Source of the DNA: Pseudomonadota bacterium
GTDB taxonomy: Bacteria; Desulfobacterota; JAZDOA01
NCBI GenBank assembly: GCA_043799175.1
Contig: JAZDOA010000151.1
Coordinates: 1 to 38,288, forward strand
Direction of reading: 5' to 3'
DNA length: 38,288 nt
Below are positions 17,829 to 26,091 of the stretch, piece after piece. A program made the translations under genes and the position numbers. The notes under the pieces were generated by a model, which saw only the letters and a list, made by a program, of their open reading frames with translations, was not told the origin of the DNA and searched no databases. Every line of letters begins with the position of its first letter. Within the stretch, counting starts at the first letter, position 1.

Positions 17829-19574
17829 TCAGCCCTCCTTTTGGGGGCCGGAGGGCAGCTCCTCCCGGAAGCACGTCTCCCTCCGCTCGACCATGGTCCG
17901 CCGCTCCTTGGTTTCAAGCTCCCCTCGCAGCCGCACCTCATCGAGGAAGCGGTCCATTTCGTCCTCTTCGGCCGCCAGCGCGGCCTCCAGCGCGGCCATC
18001 CGGGTCCGTATGGCCAGGCGCCGGCGCTCCAGGGCACGCCCGCGGCGCGCGACTTCCTGCTCGCGAGCGGCGACCTCGGCCCGCTCCTTGGCCTCCTGGA
18101 CGGCCCGCGCCGAGCCGGAGAGCACACCCCGCGGCCCGACATAAACCGGGGACAACTCGATACCCCGGTCGGTGAGCAGGAACTCGCGCATCTGGTTGGA
18201 GTGCTTCATGCCCCGTGACTTAAGGACGTGGATGTGGCGGTTGCGCTCCCCGTCGGTCTCGACGTCACCCAGCACGATCCAGGTGTCCATCAGCGAGGAG
18301 ATGCCCACCTCGGTGGCCTCGAGGGCCAGCCCACCGGATGTGAGGTTGGTGAACATGCCCGTGATCTGGTGCGTCTTGAGAAAGTCGATCAGCCGCACGA
18401 GCATGGACTTGACGTCCAGAGTTCCGTCACCCGCCGCGAGGCTGCTGATGGGGTCGATCGCGACCACCGCCGGCTTGAACTCCGTGGCCACGCGCTGCAT
18501 CGAGAGCAGGTGCTGCTCGATACCCGTGAGGCTGGGGCGGGTGGCCTCGAAACGCAGCAGGCCGGCCTTGACATGGCGTGGGAGGTCGAGTCCGATCGAG
18601 GCCATGTTGCGCATGATCTGGGCGGGAGATTCCTCGAAGGTGTAGTAGACGGCCCGCTCGCCCCGCTGGCAGGCCGAATCGACGAAGCAGACCGCCAGGC
18701 TGCTCTTGCCCGTGCCCGCCGTGCCAGACACCAACACGCTCGAGCCGCGGTACCAACCCCGCCCCCCCAGCATTTCGTCCAGGCCCAAAACACCCGTCGA
18801 GACGCGGTGGCGCGAGACCTCGTAGCAGAGACCCAGCGAGGTGACGGGCATGACCCAGACGCCGTCCTCGCCGATGAGGAAGGGGTACTCGTTGGTGCCG
18901 TGTACGGAGCCACGGTACTTCGCCACGCGCAGGCGCCTGGTCGAGACCTGCTCGTGGACGCGGTGGTCGAGCAGAATGACGGCATCGGAGACGTACTCCT
19001 CCAGGCCGTGGCGGGTAAAAGCGGCCGAATCGCGACCCCGTTCGGCGGTGATGATGGCCGTGATGCCCCGGTCCTTGAGCCAGCGGAAGAGGCGCCGGAT
19101 CTCGGCCCGCAGGATCATCTCATTCGGCAGCCCGGAAAAGAGGGCCTCCAGGGTGTCGAGCACGACGCGCCTGGCCCCGATGGAGTCTATGGCGTGGCCC
19201 AGGCGCACGAAGAGGCCCTCGAGGTCGTACTCGCCCGTCTCCTCGATCTCGCTGCGCTCTATGTAGATATAATCTATCAGGAGCTTCTTCCGCGCCACCA
19301 GCCCGGCCACATCCCAGCCGAGGGAAGAGACGTTCCTGACCAGGTCCGCGGCCGACTCCTCGAAGGCGACGAAGACCCCCGGCTCCTCGTACTCTTGGGC
19401 GCCGCGCACCAGGAACTCCATGGCCATGAGGGTCTTGCCCGAACCCGCCCCGCCGCTCAGGAGGGTGGGCCTGCCCTGGGGCAGTCCGCCGAAGGTGATC
19501 TCGTCAAGGCCCCTGATGCCAGTCGGGGTCTTAGGCAGCCCCCGCTCCGAGGGGGTGATGGACTCCTCCGCCAC
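17829..19574 (-). CDS. kaiC: KaiC (double RecA-like P-loop ATPase/autokinase)
   Basis: 581 aa. CI Walker A 'LLSGGAGSGKTLMAMEF' and CII Walker A 'VLVSGTAGTGKSSLAV', in the typical duplicated KaiC architecture. GTG start 19574 is preceded by a GAGGAGG Shine-Dalgarno sequence. Confidence 0.9.
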   Translation of the reverse strand: MAEESITPSERGLPKTPTGIRGLDEITFGGLPQGRPTLLSGGAGSGKTLMAMEFLVRGAQEYEEPGVFVAFEESAADLVRNVSSLGWDVAGLVARKKLLIDYIYIERSEIEETGEYDLEGLFVRLGHAIDSIGARRVVLDTLEALFSGLPNEMILRAEIRRLFRWLKDRGITAIITAERGRDSAAFTRHGLEEYVSDAVILLDHRVHEQVSTRRLRVAKYRGSVHGTNEYPFLIGEDGVWVMPVTSLGLCYEVSRHRVSTGVLGLDEMLGGRGWYRGSSVLVSGTAGTGKSSLAVCFVDSACQRGERAVYYTFEESPAQIMRNMASIGLDLPRHVKAGLLRFEATRPSLTGIEQHLLSMQRVATEFKPAVVAIDPISSLAAGDGTLDVKSMLVRLIDFLKTHQITGMFTNLTSGGLALEATEVGISSLMDTWIVLGDVETDGERNRHIHVLKSRGMKHSNQMREFLLTDRGIELSPVYVGPRGVLSGSARAVQEAKERAEVAAREQEVARRGRALERRRLAIRTRMAALEAALAAEEDEMDRFLDEVRLRGELETKERRTMVERRETCFREELPSGPQKEG

Positions 19575-19880
19575 GCTTCTTCCTCCTCTCTTCGCCTGAG
19601 TAGATAATTAATTGAAGCACATAATGAACGAACCGCAAGCCCCGCGTGACCGTTCGCGCTACTCCCGAACCCTTGTCGGCGGGGAGGAAGACGGGAGAAG
19701 TGCCCCCATGGTGCCCCCGCGCGCGGGTGGTTTGTTGTTGCCGTCCGTTTGTTCGCCGTGATACGTAGCAGTAAATTGCCAATGATTGCGGCAGCTACGG
19801 CCGCGCCCGGAGGGATCCCCGCAAGCCGTGGCCCGGTCCTCGTCGCGGCTCTTTAGCAGACGGCCCGTGACTGGAAGTTA

Positions 19881-20261
19881 ATGCCTGGAGGTCTTTCTTT
19901 GTCACCGGAAGAAGCGAAGTCAATCATCGAAGCCCTTGCGAACGGTATAGATCCCGAGACCGGGGAGGTCCTTTCCGGTGAGGGCGTTTTCAACCGTCCC
20001 AAGATCATTCGCGCCCTCTTCCTTGCTGCAAAGGCCCTTGATGATCTGGTCAAAGGGGAGAACCGCGTAAAGGCTCTCCCGGGCAATGCCGGCAAGGCGT
20101 GGTCCGAGACTGAAGACAGCGAACTCCTCGCCGCCTTTGACGGTGGCCTTCCCATCAAAGAGATTGCCGCCAGGCATGGGCGCACCGGCGGGGCAATTAC
20201 GTCTCGGTTGATTCGTCTTGGGCGCATCAAGGAACGCGCGGAGGCCGGGGCCAGCGGATGA
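19881..20261 (+). CDS. Hypothetical small protein with C-terminal helix-turn-helix-like segment
   Basis: 126 aa, divergent from kaiC. The C-terminal 'WSETEDSELLAAFDGGLPIKEIAARHGRTGGAITSRLIRLG' resembles the sigma-70 region-4 or Myb-like HTH. An alternative TTG start at 19899 has a GGAGG Shine-Dalgarno sequence 7 nt upstream. Confidence 0.4.
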   Translation: MPGGLSLSPEEAKSIIEALANGIDPETGEVLSGEGVFNRPKIIRALFLAAKALDDLVKGENRVKALPGNAGKAWSETEDSELLAAFDGGLPIKEIAARHGRTGGAITSRLIRLGRIKERAEAGASG

Positions 20262-20452
20262 TGCGGCGGAATAAATACTCAGGCGCTTTTTGGCCACAGT
20301 GACGGCTGACCCTACCTGAATGACCAGGAGTGAATCTCTTGGGGCGCCAACCGGGGCACTTGAACAGGCTGTCTCCCAGGGCCAGCGGCGGTCTCGGGGA
20401 GGTATTTTTACCGGTCGGGCCGGGGAATGAGTAGCGTGAAAGTCGCTAAGGA

Positions 20453-20878
20453 CTACTTGACCTTTTCGGGGTCCCGTGCTTTTTTCCCGCCGTTCGGCCT
20501 CCATTCGCACGCAAGCCGCTGGGCCTCCGCGATCTGGGCCGGTGTCATTTTCGCGGCCAGATCTTTCCGGTTCTCAAGGGCCAAGTCGAATTCCTCGGCA
20601 TCCGATATCGCGAAGCATACGGCGGCAATACTGTACCACTTGTGTGCCTGCACGTAGTCCCGCGGCACGCCCTGGCCTTCATCATACATATAACCGAGCC
20701 TGCTCTGCGCCTTGGCGTCGCCCTGGTCGGCTAGCGGACGCCAGAGCCGGACGGCGGTCGCGTAATCCTTTTGAAGGAAGGCGGCCTCGGCATCTTCAAG
20801 CTGCCCTGCCGCTGCCGGCACGGTAAGGTTTACGGACAAGAGAAGGGCCACAAGCCCAGCCTTAATCAGATGTCTCAC
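20453..20878 (-). CDS. Secreted Sel1-like (TPR-family) repeat protein
   Basis: GTG start 20878 after a GGGGGGTGGGAG Shine-Dalgarno sequence. Signal peptide 'RHLIKAGLVALLLSVNLTVPAAAG'. Sel1 repeats 'DAKAQSRLGYMYDEGQGVPRDYVQAHKWYSIAA' and 'DYATAVRLWRPLADQG'. The track ORF, which begins at 21031, appears over-extended. Confidence 0.6.
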   Translation of the reverse strand: MRHLIKAGLVALLLSVNLTVPAAAGQLEDAEAAFLQKDYATAVRLWRPLADQGDAKAQSRLGYMYDEGQGVPRDYVQAHKWYSIAAVCFAISDAEEFDLALENRKDLAAKMTPAQIAEAQRLACEWRPNGGKKARDPEKVK

Positions 20879-21293
20879 GCTCCCACCCCCCGTTATTCGT
20901 GTTTGCGATAAGAAAGAAGCATTATCGCAAGCAAGATAACAAATGCCCCCGCCTGTTGGCAAGCCCTGTTCCGCCGGGGATGGGGGGCCTTGGCGTATAC
21001 GTTGCCGGAGAGACCGCTCGCCGGCGGTCACTCTCTAGCACCCTCCCTGCCATCAGGACCCGGCTCAGGCGCTCACGCTGAATCCCTGTTCGGAGCCAGC
21101 GCCCGCCGGTAACGCCGCTGTTCTTCTGCTGTTCTGAGCGAAGCCACTATTTCGCCTCATTCCGAGGCGTGGTGGCCGCCGTTGCTACCAGCAAGGCCGC
21201 TCAGCCCCGCTGCTGACGCTGACGCTGCCCCATGCCCCTGAGTTTTACGACCTGCCCGAGGAGGAGCGGGCGAGTATTTCCGTCAGCGAGAAC

Positions 21294-22385
21294 GTGGACG
21301 GCACCTTTACCGTCACGGCCCCCGTACTCAGCCGGGACGCGGAAGACCTTATCGTGGCCACCAATCCTGCCCAGGAAGACGAAATCCGCAGGACGGCCAG
21401 CCTTCACCGGGTTAGGGTGCGTGCGGCCGGGCCGCCTTCGCCTGCTCAGCGTGGCGAGGTGTTCCGGGTTCCTCAGCTTTCCTTTGAACTTTGGGGCTCA
21501 CGGGAACTGCTGGAGCATGAAGCCGTGCTTGTGGCTGCCGCCTGGTCTCCAGTACGCTTTTCCTGCGGATTCCTGCCAGGCGAGTTTGATTATGACGAAA
21601 AAGCCCGCACCTTCGTCTTTGACCTCGAAGGCGAGCAGATGCGCTTTCGACAGGCCGAAGACCAGGTGCAGTTTACTCTGCTGTCGGCCCAGCCCCCGTC
21701 AGATGCCTTTGGGCTTTCGCGGTGGCTGGTAGGACATGGCGGGGTTGAAGATAAGTTTGTGAAATTACCTGACCTCCTGGAGTTTTGCCGCCGTTGCATC
21801 GACTCCCTTCTCAAGCGCGGCCAGTTTGATCTAGCCACCTTGTTTCGCGCCAAGTATGCCTTGGCCGCCGCCCTCAAGGCCAAACTGGCCAGCAACCGGC
21901 AGGAGGCCGTCCGGGAAGGAGTGCAGCGGCTCTTGACCCCGGAATTTGGACTGGCGGCAACCTTCGACTTCTTCCCGCACACCTTCCCCAAGGGCGACTA
22001 TGCCGAGAGTATTCCGGCTTACTCTGGTCACTACCGATTCCCCAAGCACTATTACAGGCAGGTGCGTGACCTGAAATCCAAGGGCGAGGAATTCGACTGC
22101 GCGCGCATGCTTGACCGCCACCCGCAGGTCAGGTGGTGGGTCCGCAACGTGGACAGGCAAGCCGGTTCGTTTCGTCTGCCGCTCTCGAACGGCCATTACT
22201 TCTATCCAGACTTTGTGGCTGAGTTGACGGACGGGCGCCTGCTCGTGGTGGAATACAAAGGCGAGCATCTGGTAAGCGCAGACGAGGCCAGGGAGAAAGA
22301 GAACATCGGCAAGCTTTGGGAAGAACGCAGCGGGGGGAAGGGTGTGTTCAGGATGCTTGGGCAGGGGCAGGCCCTCGGAATCTGA
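21294..22385 (+). CDS. Stand-alone paralogue of the Type III Res C-terminal region (PD-(D/E)xK nuclease-like), no helicase domain
   Basis: 363 aa from a GTG start. The upstream frame is open to 21138 without an ATG. Its C-terminal ~250 aa align by eye with the C-terminus of the res product in this window. Examples: 'EEFDCARMLDRHPQVRWWVRNV' matches 'SEVEREFVRGLESRDDVRLYVKL', and 'YPDFVAELTDGRLLVVEYKGEHL' matches 'YNPDWAIVMED...LYLVRETKGKN'. No Walker or DEAH motifs are present. Confidence 0.5.
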   Translation: MDGTFTVTAPVLSRDAEDLIVATNPAQEDEIRRTASLHRVRVRAAGPPSPAQRGEVFRVPQLSFELWGSRELLEHEAVLVAAAWSPVRFSCGFLPGEFDYDEKARTFVFDLEGEQMRFRQAEDQVQFTLLSAQPPSDAFGLSRWLVGHGGVEDKFVKLPDLLEFCRRCIDSLLKRGQFDLATLFRAKYALAAALKAKLASNRQEAVREGVQRLLTPEFGLAATFDFFPHTFPKGDYAESIPAYSGHYRFPKHYYRQVRDLKSKGEEFDCARMLDRHPQVRWWVRNVDRQAGSFRLPLSNGHYFYPDFVAELTDGRLLVVEYKGEHLVSADEAREKENIGKLWEERSGGKGVFRMLGQGQALGI

Positions 22386-22483
22386 TACGCCTGACGAACA
22401 TCCAAGTATCTTAGACGGTTACGAAGGCAGGCGGGTTGCCGTAGAATACTGCCTATGAGTAACTGGACCTTTGAATATTCGGG

Positions 22484-22511
22484 TTGACCTTACTTATAAA
22501 CACGTTAGAAT
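22484..22511 (+). promoter_or_regulatory. Sigma70-like promoter (TTGACC, 16-nt spacer, TAGAAT) upstream of the Panacea-domain gene
   Basis: TTGACC at 22484-22489 and TAGAAT at 22506-22511 in a conspicuously AT-rich 200-nt intergenic stretch. It sits about 87 nt upstream of GTG 22598. Confidence 0.4.
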
Positions 22512-22597
22512 TGTAGCTCTGAAGCAATGCAGACTGCCTTGGTAGAGGGTGGCAGGGACAGTGCGAACGGTGTATTCTTTGCATGTGGGTATGATTT

Positions 22598-23401
22598 GTG
22601 GAGCCTGACCGAGTGGACAACATAATCCAGTTCTCGCTGGCCACGGCGCGCTGCGTCCATGACGACGACAAGATGCTCCAGGACCTGGGGCCAATCCATC
22701 TGATCAAGTATGTGTACCTGGCCGACCTGGCATATGCCGAGAAGCATGGTAGAACCTATACTGAAACCAATTGGGTATTTCACCACTTCGGCCCATGGGC
22801 CGCCGAGGTTTATCAGCGTCTCGACCTAGCGACACAGGCTATCCATGCGGATAAGAAGCAGATCGAAAGCCGCTATAGTGAGGATTTCACCCGTTGGCGT
22901 CTCGATAACTACGAAGACGCCGTTCGTGTAAGAGAAGAGCATTCCAAGAACTTGCCTTTTGAGATTACAAGCGTCGTTCAACACGCCGTGAAGGAATATG
23001 GCAATGCAACAACTGACCTTCTTCACGACGTCTATCTCACATTTCCGATGTTACACGCAGCGCCTGGCGACGAGCTGGACTTCCGCAGCGTGCAGGAAAG
23101 ACCTGAGCCTGAGCCACCTGCTGCTGAGCCTGTACAGGTCAGCCGGAACGCAATGAAGAAGCGCAAGCAGCGCCTGGAAGAAGCACGCCGCCGCTTCGCC
23201 CAAAAGGCTGCCGAACGTTCACGCGAGAAGGCGGCAAGGAGGGCAGCTCAGGCCCCCCCGCGCTACGATGATGTTTTCGATGAGGGAACACGGGTTCTCG
23301 ATGAGCTTGCAGGCCCGCCGCTTGAGGTTCAAGACGGAATTCTGGAATTCAGCGACGAGATATGGAAGTCACCGATACGCACGGGTGAGGATGACGGGTA
23401 A
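22598..23401 (+). CDS. Panacea-domain (DUF4065, SocA/PanA-like) putative antitoxin with charged low-complexity C-terminal region
   Basis: The N-terminal ~130 aa 'NIIQFSLATARCV...PIHLIKYVYLADLAYAEKHGRTYTETNWVFHHFGPWAAEVYQRL' fits the Panacea consensus (..LKLQKLLY.A......G......F.A...GPV...vY). The C-terminal half is a K/R/E/A-rich linker-like sequence. GTG start. Confidence 0.55.
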   Translation: MEPDRVDNIIQFSLATARCVHDDDKMLQDLGPIHLIKYVYLADLAYAEKHGRTYTETNWVFHHFGPWAAEVYQRLDLATQAIHADKKQIESRYSEDFTRWRLDNYEDAVRVREEHSKNLPFEITSVVQHAVKEYGNATTDLLHDVYLTFPMLHAAPGDELDFRSVQERPEPEPPAAEPVQVSRNAMKKRKQRLEEARRRFAQKAAERSREKAARRAAQAPPRYDDVFDEGTRVLDELAGPPLEVQDGILEFSDEIWKSPIRTGEDDG

Positions 23402-23410
23402 CTGCCACAG

Positions 23411-24103
23411 GTGAACACGATCCAGGACCTGGTAGATCCATGGTGGGAGGTTGCCGAGCCAGCCAAGCTTCAGGCTGGTCGCCTTGCGAGGACTTTTGTG
23501 CCCGTCCCGGACGTTGTTACCCGTGGGGTGGTCCTGGAGGGTCGCGAAGACGCCCGTAATCACACCACTGCAAGGTTCAGGGTCGAGCCCATTCAGGCAG
23601 GTCGGTCACCAAGCTTGTCATCACTACCCGTTGCGGCGCTACCTGCGCACCCTGGGGAGTCCTATATCGCCCAACGAGGAAAGAGGCGACCTGTGCTCAT
23701 TCTCTCCATGGGCGGCTTGGAGATTCCGAAAGCCGTGTCTCACGGTGGGCCTGGGTACCAGCGAAAGCCGTGCGTGCTTGTAGTGCCTTTTTATGGCGGA
23801 GACCAGGACGGCAGCAGAGCTGGCTTCTCGCCGGAATTCGTGGAGCGCATCAAACGGATAGAGTATCCGCAGTATATCGCCGACACGCTACCCCTCGGCA
23901 ACCTAGCCATGTCCATCATGCGGCTTGACCACGTCTTGGCAGTCGGATGCGCTCCAAGCAATTTTGAGCTGATGCCGCACCGGCTGAGTAACGATGCCTT
24001 GGAACTGGTCCTGGATTGGTTCCGTTGGCTGGTTGAGGGGTCTCTCCCAACCGGAAGTCTTCTTGAGTGGGCTCGTTCCGAGCTGATGAAGATGAATGCA
24101 TAA
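23411..24103 (+). CDS. Uncharacterised 230-aa protein coupled to the Panacea gene; possible MazF/PemK-like (SH3-barrel) toxin fold
   Basis: Starts 10 nt after the Panacea gene stop, with a GTG start. Segments 'GRLARTFVPVPD', 'KRRPVLILS', 'CVLVVPFYGG' and 'SIMRLDHV' are spaced like MazF/PemK strands ('GdIwlVdfdP', 'khRPalVlS', 'vvvvPiTs'), with a ~50-aa insertion. This is a weak by-eye similarity only. Confidence 0.35.
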   Translation: MNTIQDLVDPWWEVAEPAKLQAGRLARTFVPVPDVVTRGVVLEGREDARNHTTARFRVEPIQAGRSPSLSSLPVAALPAHPGESYIAQRGKRRPVLILSMGGLEIPKAVSHGGPGYQRKPCVLVVPFYGGDQDGSRAGFSPEFVERIKRIEYPQYIADTLPLGNLAMSIMRLDHVLAVGCAPSNFELMPHRLSNDALELVLDWFRWLVEGSLPTGSLLEWARSELMKMNA

Positions 24104-24288
24104 GGGAGTACAGTTCTTCCCATGTATTCTGTGATCCTATCCTCTGACCTTCCGGCCCAGGTGCAGTCCTTCTTTTCGCGCCCTGACAACACAATACCCC
24201 CGGCAGTTTTTCACCGCCGAGGGTAGCACCGAAGTAGCACCATGTTTTCTGTTGGGTTCACTCTGGCCACCCAACTACTTGTTTTTAT

Positions 24289-24364
24289 TGGTAGGCCGCC
24301 GGGGGCTCGAACCCCAAACCTACTGATTAAGAGTCAGTTGCTCTACCAGTTGAGCTAGCGGCCC
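24289..24364 (-). tRNA. tRNA-Lys (anticodon CTT), with encoded CCA
   Basis: Minus-strand read: GGGCCGC-TA-GCTC-AACTGGTA-GAGC-A-ACTGA-CTCTTAA-TCAGT-AGGTT-TGGGG-TTCGAGC-CCCCG-GCGGCCT-A-CCA. All four stems pair, the T-loop is TTCGAGC, and the anticodon loop is CT-CTT-AA. Confidence 0.85.
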
Positions 24365-24514
24365 AAAACAGCATCAAAAAAACACGCCAAGGATTAAGGA
24401 TTTCGACACGCCTCGCCGCGCCAAATTGCTGCACCATGAAAGGCGCAACGAATTTGAAATTCTACCCGCGCCCCCGCCGTCTGGCAAGTAAAAAAGCCCG
24501 CGTCGCGCACTAAA

Positions 24515-25579
24515 ATGCCTTTTGACAACCGCCGCGTTCTGCTAGCGTGTGCCTCCATGCTTCTTGGAAGAATTGTCAGGTTCGCCGTTGGGGTCGTGGT
24601 GCTCGTCTTCGGCGCCGCCCTCGCCCTATGGTTGACCGGCCCGGACGTTCGCCCGCTGGCTGACCGCAGTTGCAACCTCGCGGTGCAGGTGCGGGACTGG
24701 AAAGGCAACTATCATCCCTTCACGGTCGGCCCCGAAAACCCCCGCTGGCTTTATCTCAACCAGATTTCGCCGTACATGACGGCCGCCGTGGTATCCAGCG
24801 AGGACGCCAGGTTCTACCGCCACCACGGCTTCGACGTCGAGGCGCTCAAGCAGGCCGCCCTGAAGGACATCGAGGAGCGCAGGTTTTCGCGCGGCGGCAG
24901 CACCATCAGCCAACAGGTGGTCAAGAACCTCTTCCTGAGCCGCGAGAAGACCCTGGTGCGAAAGCTCCGGGAGGCCATGATCACCTGGCAGATCGAGCGC
25001 GCGCTGAGCAAGCGGCGCATTCTGGAGCTGTATCTTAATCTGGTCGAGCTGGGGCCAGACGTGTATGGGGTCGATAGGGGGGCGAGGTTCTATTTCCAGA
25101 AGAGCGCTCGCCAGCTCAACCCCAAGGAGGCCGCTTTCCTGACGGCCATGCTGCCGGGACCCAAGGTATTCAACCCTTACAAGAACCTCCGCCGGGTGGA
25201 GCGCCGCTCCCGGCTCGTCCTGAAGAAGATGGTGCAGGCCGGCTTCATCACCCGATCCGCTTACCGGGCCTGGCGTTCGGCGGCCCTGAATATCAGGGGC
25301 CTGGAGCGCAAGATCGAGACCATTACCGGTGAGGCGCAGGAAACCGTGATTCCACCGGAAGAGGCACTGGAGGAGTCTGAACAGATTGAGGCGCAGCCTG
25401 CCTCGGAAGGAAGCGGTGGCGAGCCGGCGGACGCCCAGGGGGCCGGAACCGCTGTCGGCCAGGATTCTTCGGATCAGCAAGGCGTTGCGCCCCAACCGGC
25501 CGAGGAAGACACCTCGCCCGCTGCCGGCCCGGCGGAGGCGCCGCGACAGCATGAGATGCAGCACGAGACTCCACAATAG
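24515..25579 (+). CDS. mtgA: Monofunctional biosynthetic peptidoglycan transglycosylase (GT51)
   Basis: N-terminal TM helix followed by GT51 motifs 'VVSSEDARFYRHHGFD', 'GGSTISQQVVKNLFLS' and 'KRRILELYLNLVELG'. The C-terminus is a low-complexity Ala/Glu/Pro-rich tail. Confidence 0.85.
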   Translation: MPFDNRRVLLACASMLLGRIVRFAVGVVVLVFGAALALWLTGPDVRPLADRSCNLAVQVRDWKGNYHPFTVGPENPRWLYLNQISPYMTAAVVSSEDARFYRHHGFDVEALKQAALKDIEERRFSRGGSTISQQVVKNLFLSREKTLVRKLREAMITWQIERALSKRRILELYLNLVELGPDVYGVDRGARFYFQKSARQLNPKEAAFLTAMLPGPKVFNPYKNLRRVERRSRLVLKKMVQAGFITRSAYRAWRSAALNIRGLERKIETITGEAQETVIPPEEALEESEQIEAQPASEGSGGEPADAQGAGTAVGQDSSDQQGVAPQPAEEDTSPAAGPAEAPRQHEMQHETPQ

Positions 25580-25778
25580 TCCGTGGCAGCGCTGACTCAG
25601 CAGCGTGCTGTCGCGCTTTGCCAGCGTGGAAATAGGCAGGCGATAGGGAAGTTTTTTCTGCCGCGGGCCTTCCCGAAATGGCGGTTTTGGCCTCTCGGCC
25701 CGGCCCGAGGCTGCCGCAACGTTGCCCTAGGCCTGGGACCGCCTTTCCTAACACTCCGCGGTCGAAAGAAATACCAGA

Positions 25779-25973
25779 CTAACCCTTTGGAGATGGGTGT
25801 GGCTCCAGGTTAAACTCGGGGAAATTCCTTTCCTGCCCCAGTCGTCTGACGTGGGCCGCCAGCCCACCCAAACCCATAACCACCGTGGTGACAAAGAACG
25901 CGGTGGCCAGCAATCCCGCCCAAATGGCCGTCGCCCAAGTGGCAGTCGTCAGAAAAATGTCTATCCAGGCCAT
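25779..25973 (-). CDS. Possible small two-helix membrane protein (hypothetical)
   Basis: 64 aa 'MAWIDIFLTTATWATAIWAGLLATAFFVTTVVMGLGGLAAHV...'. Two hydrophobic helices, with a GGGGAGAG Shine-Dalgarno sequence 7 nt upstream of the ATG. No similarity anchor. Confidence 0.3.
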   Translation of the reverse strand: MAWIDIFLTTATWATAIWAGLLATAFFVTTVVMGLGGLAAHVRRLGQERNFPEFNLEPHPSPKG

Positions 25974-26091
25974 CCCGTAACTCTCCCCGTAGCGAAGAAT
26001 TGACGCAACACCTGAGGAATCAAGCCCCCCGCAGGCAGTGCATGCAATGTTGGCGCCTTCAGCGCCCCAAGCGGCCGGGCGCCGAAAAAAC

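Noticed and set aside
21211-21228. Short tandem 'gctgac gctgac gctg' upstream of ORF 21294, and 'gtagcacc' x2 at ~24225..24243 near the tRNA
   Set aside because: Too short and too simple to call as att sites or regulatory repeats without comparative data.
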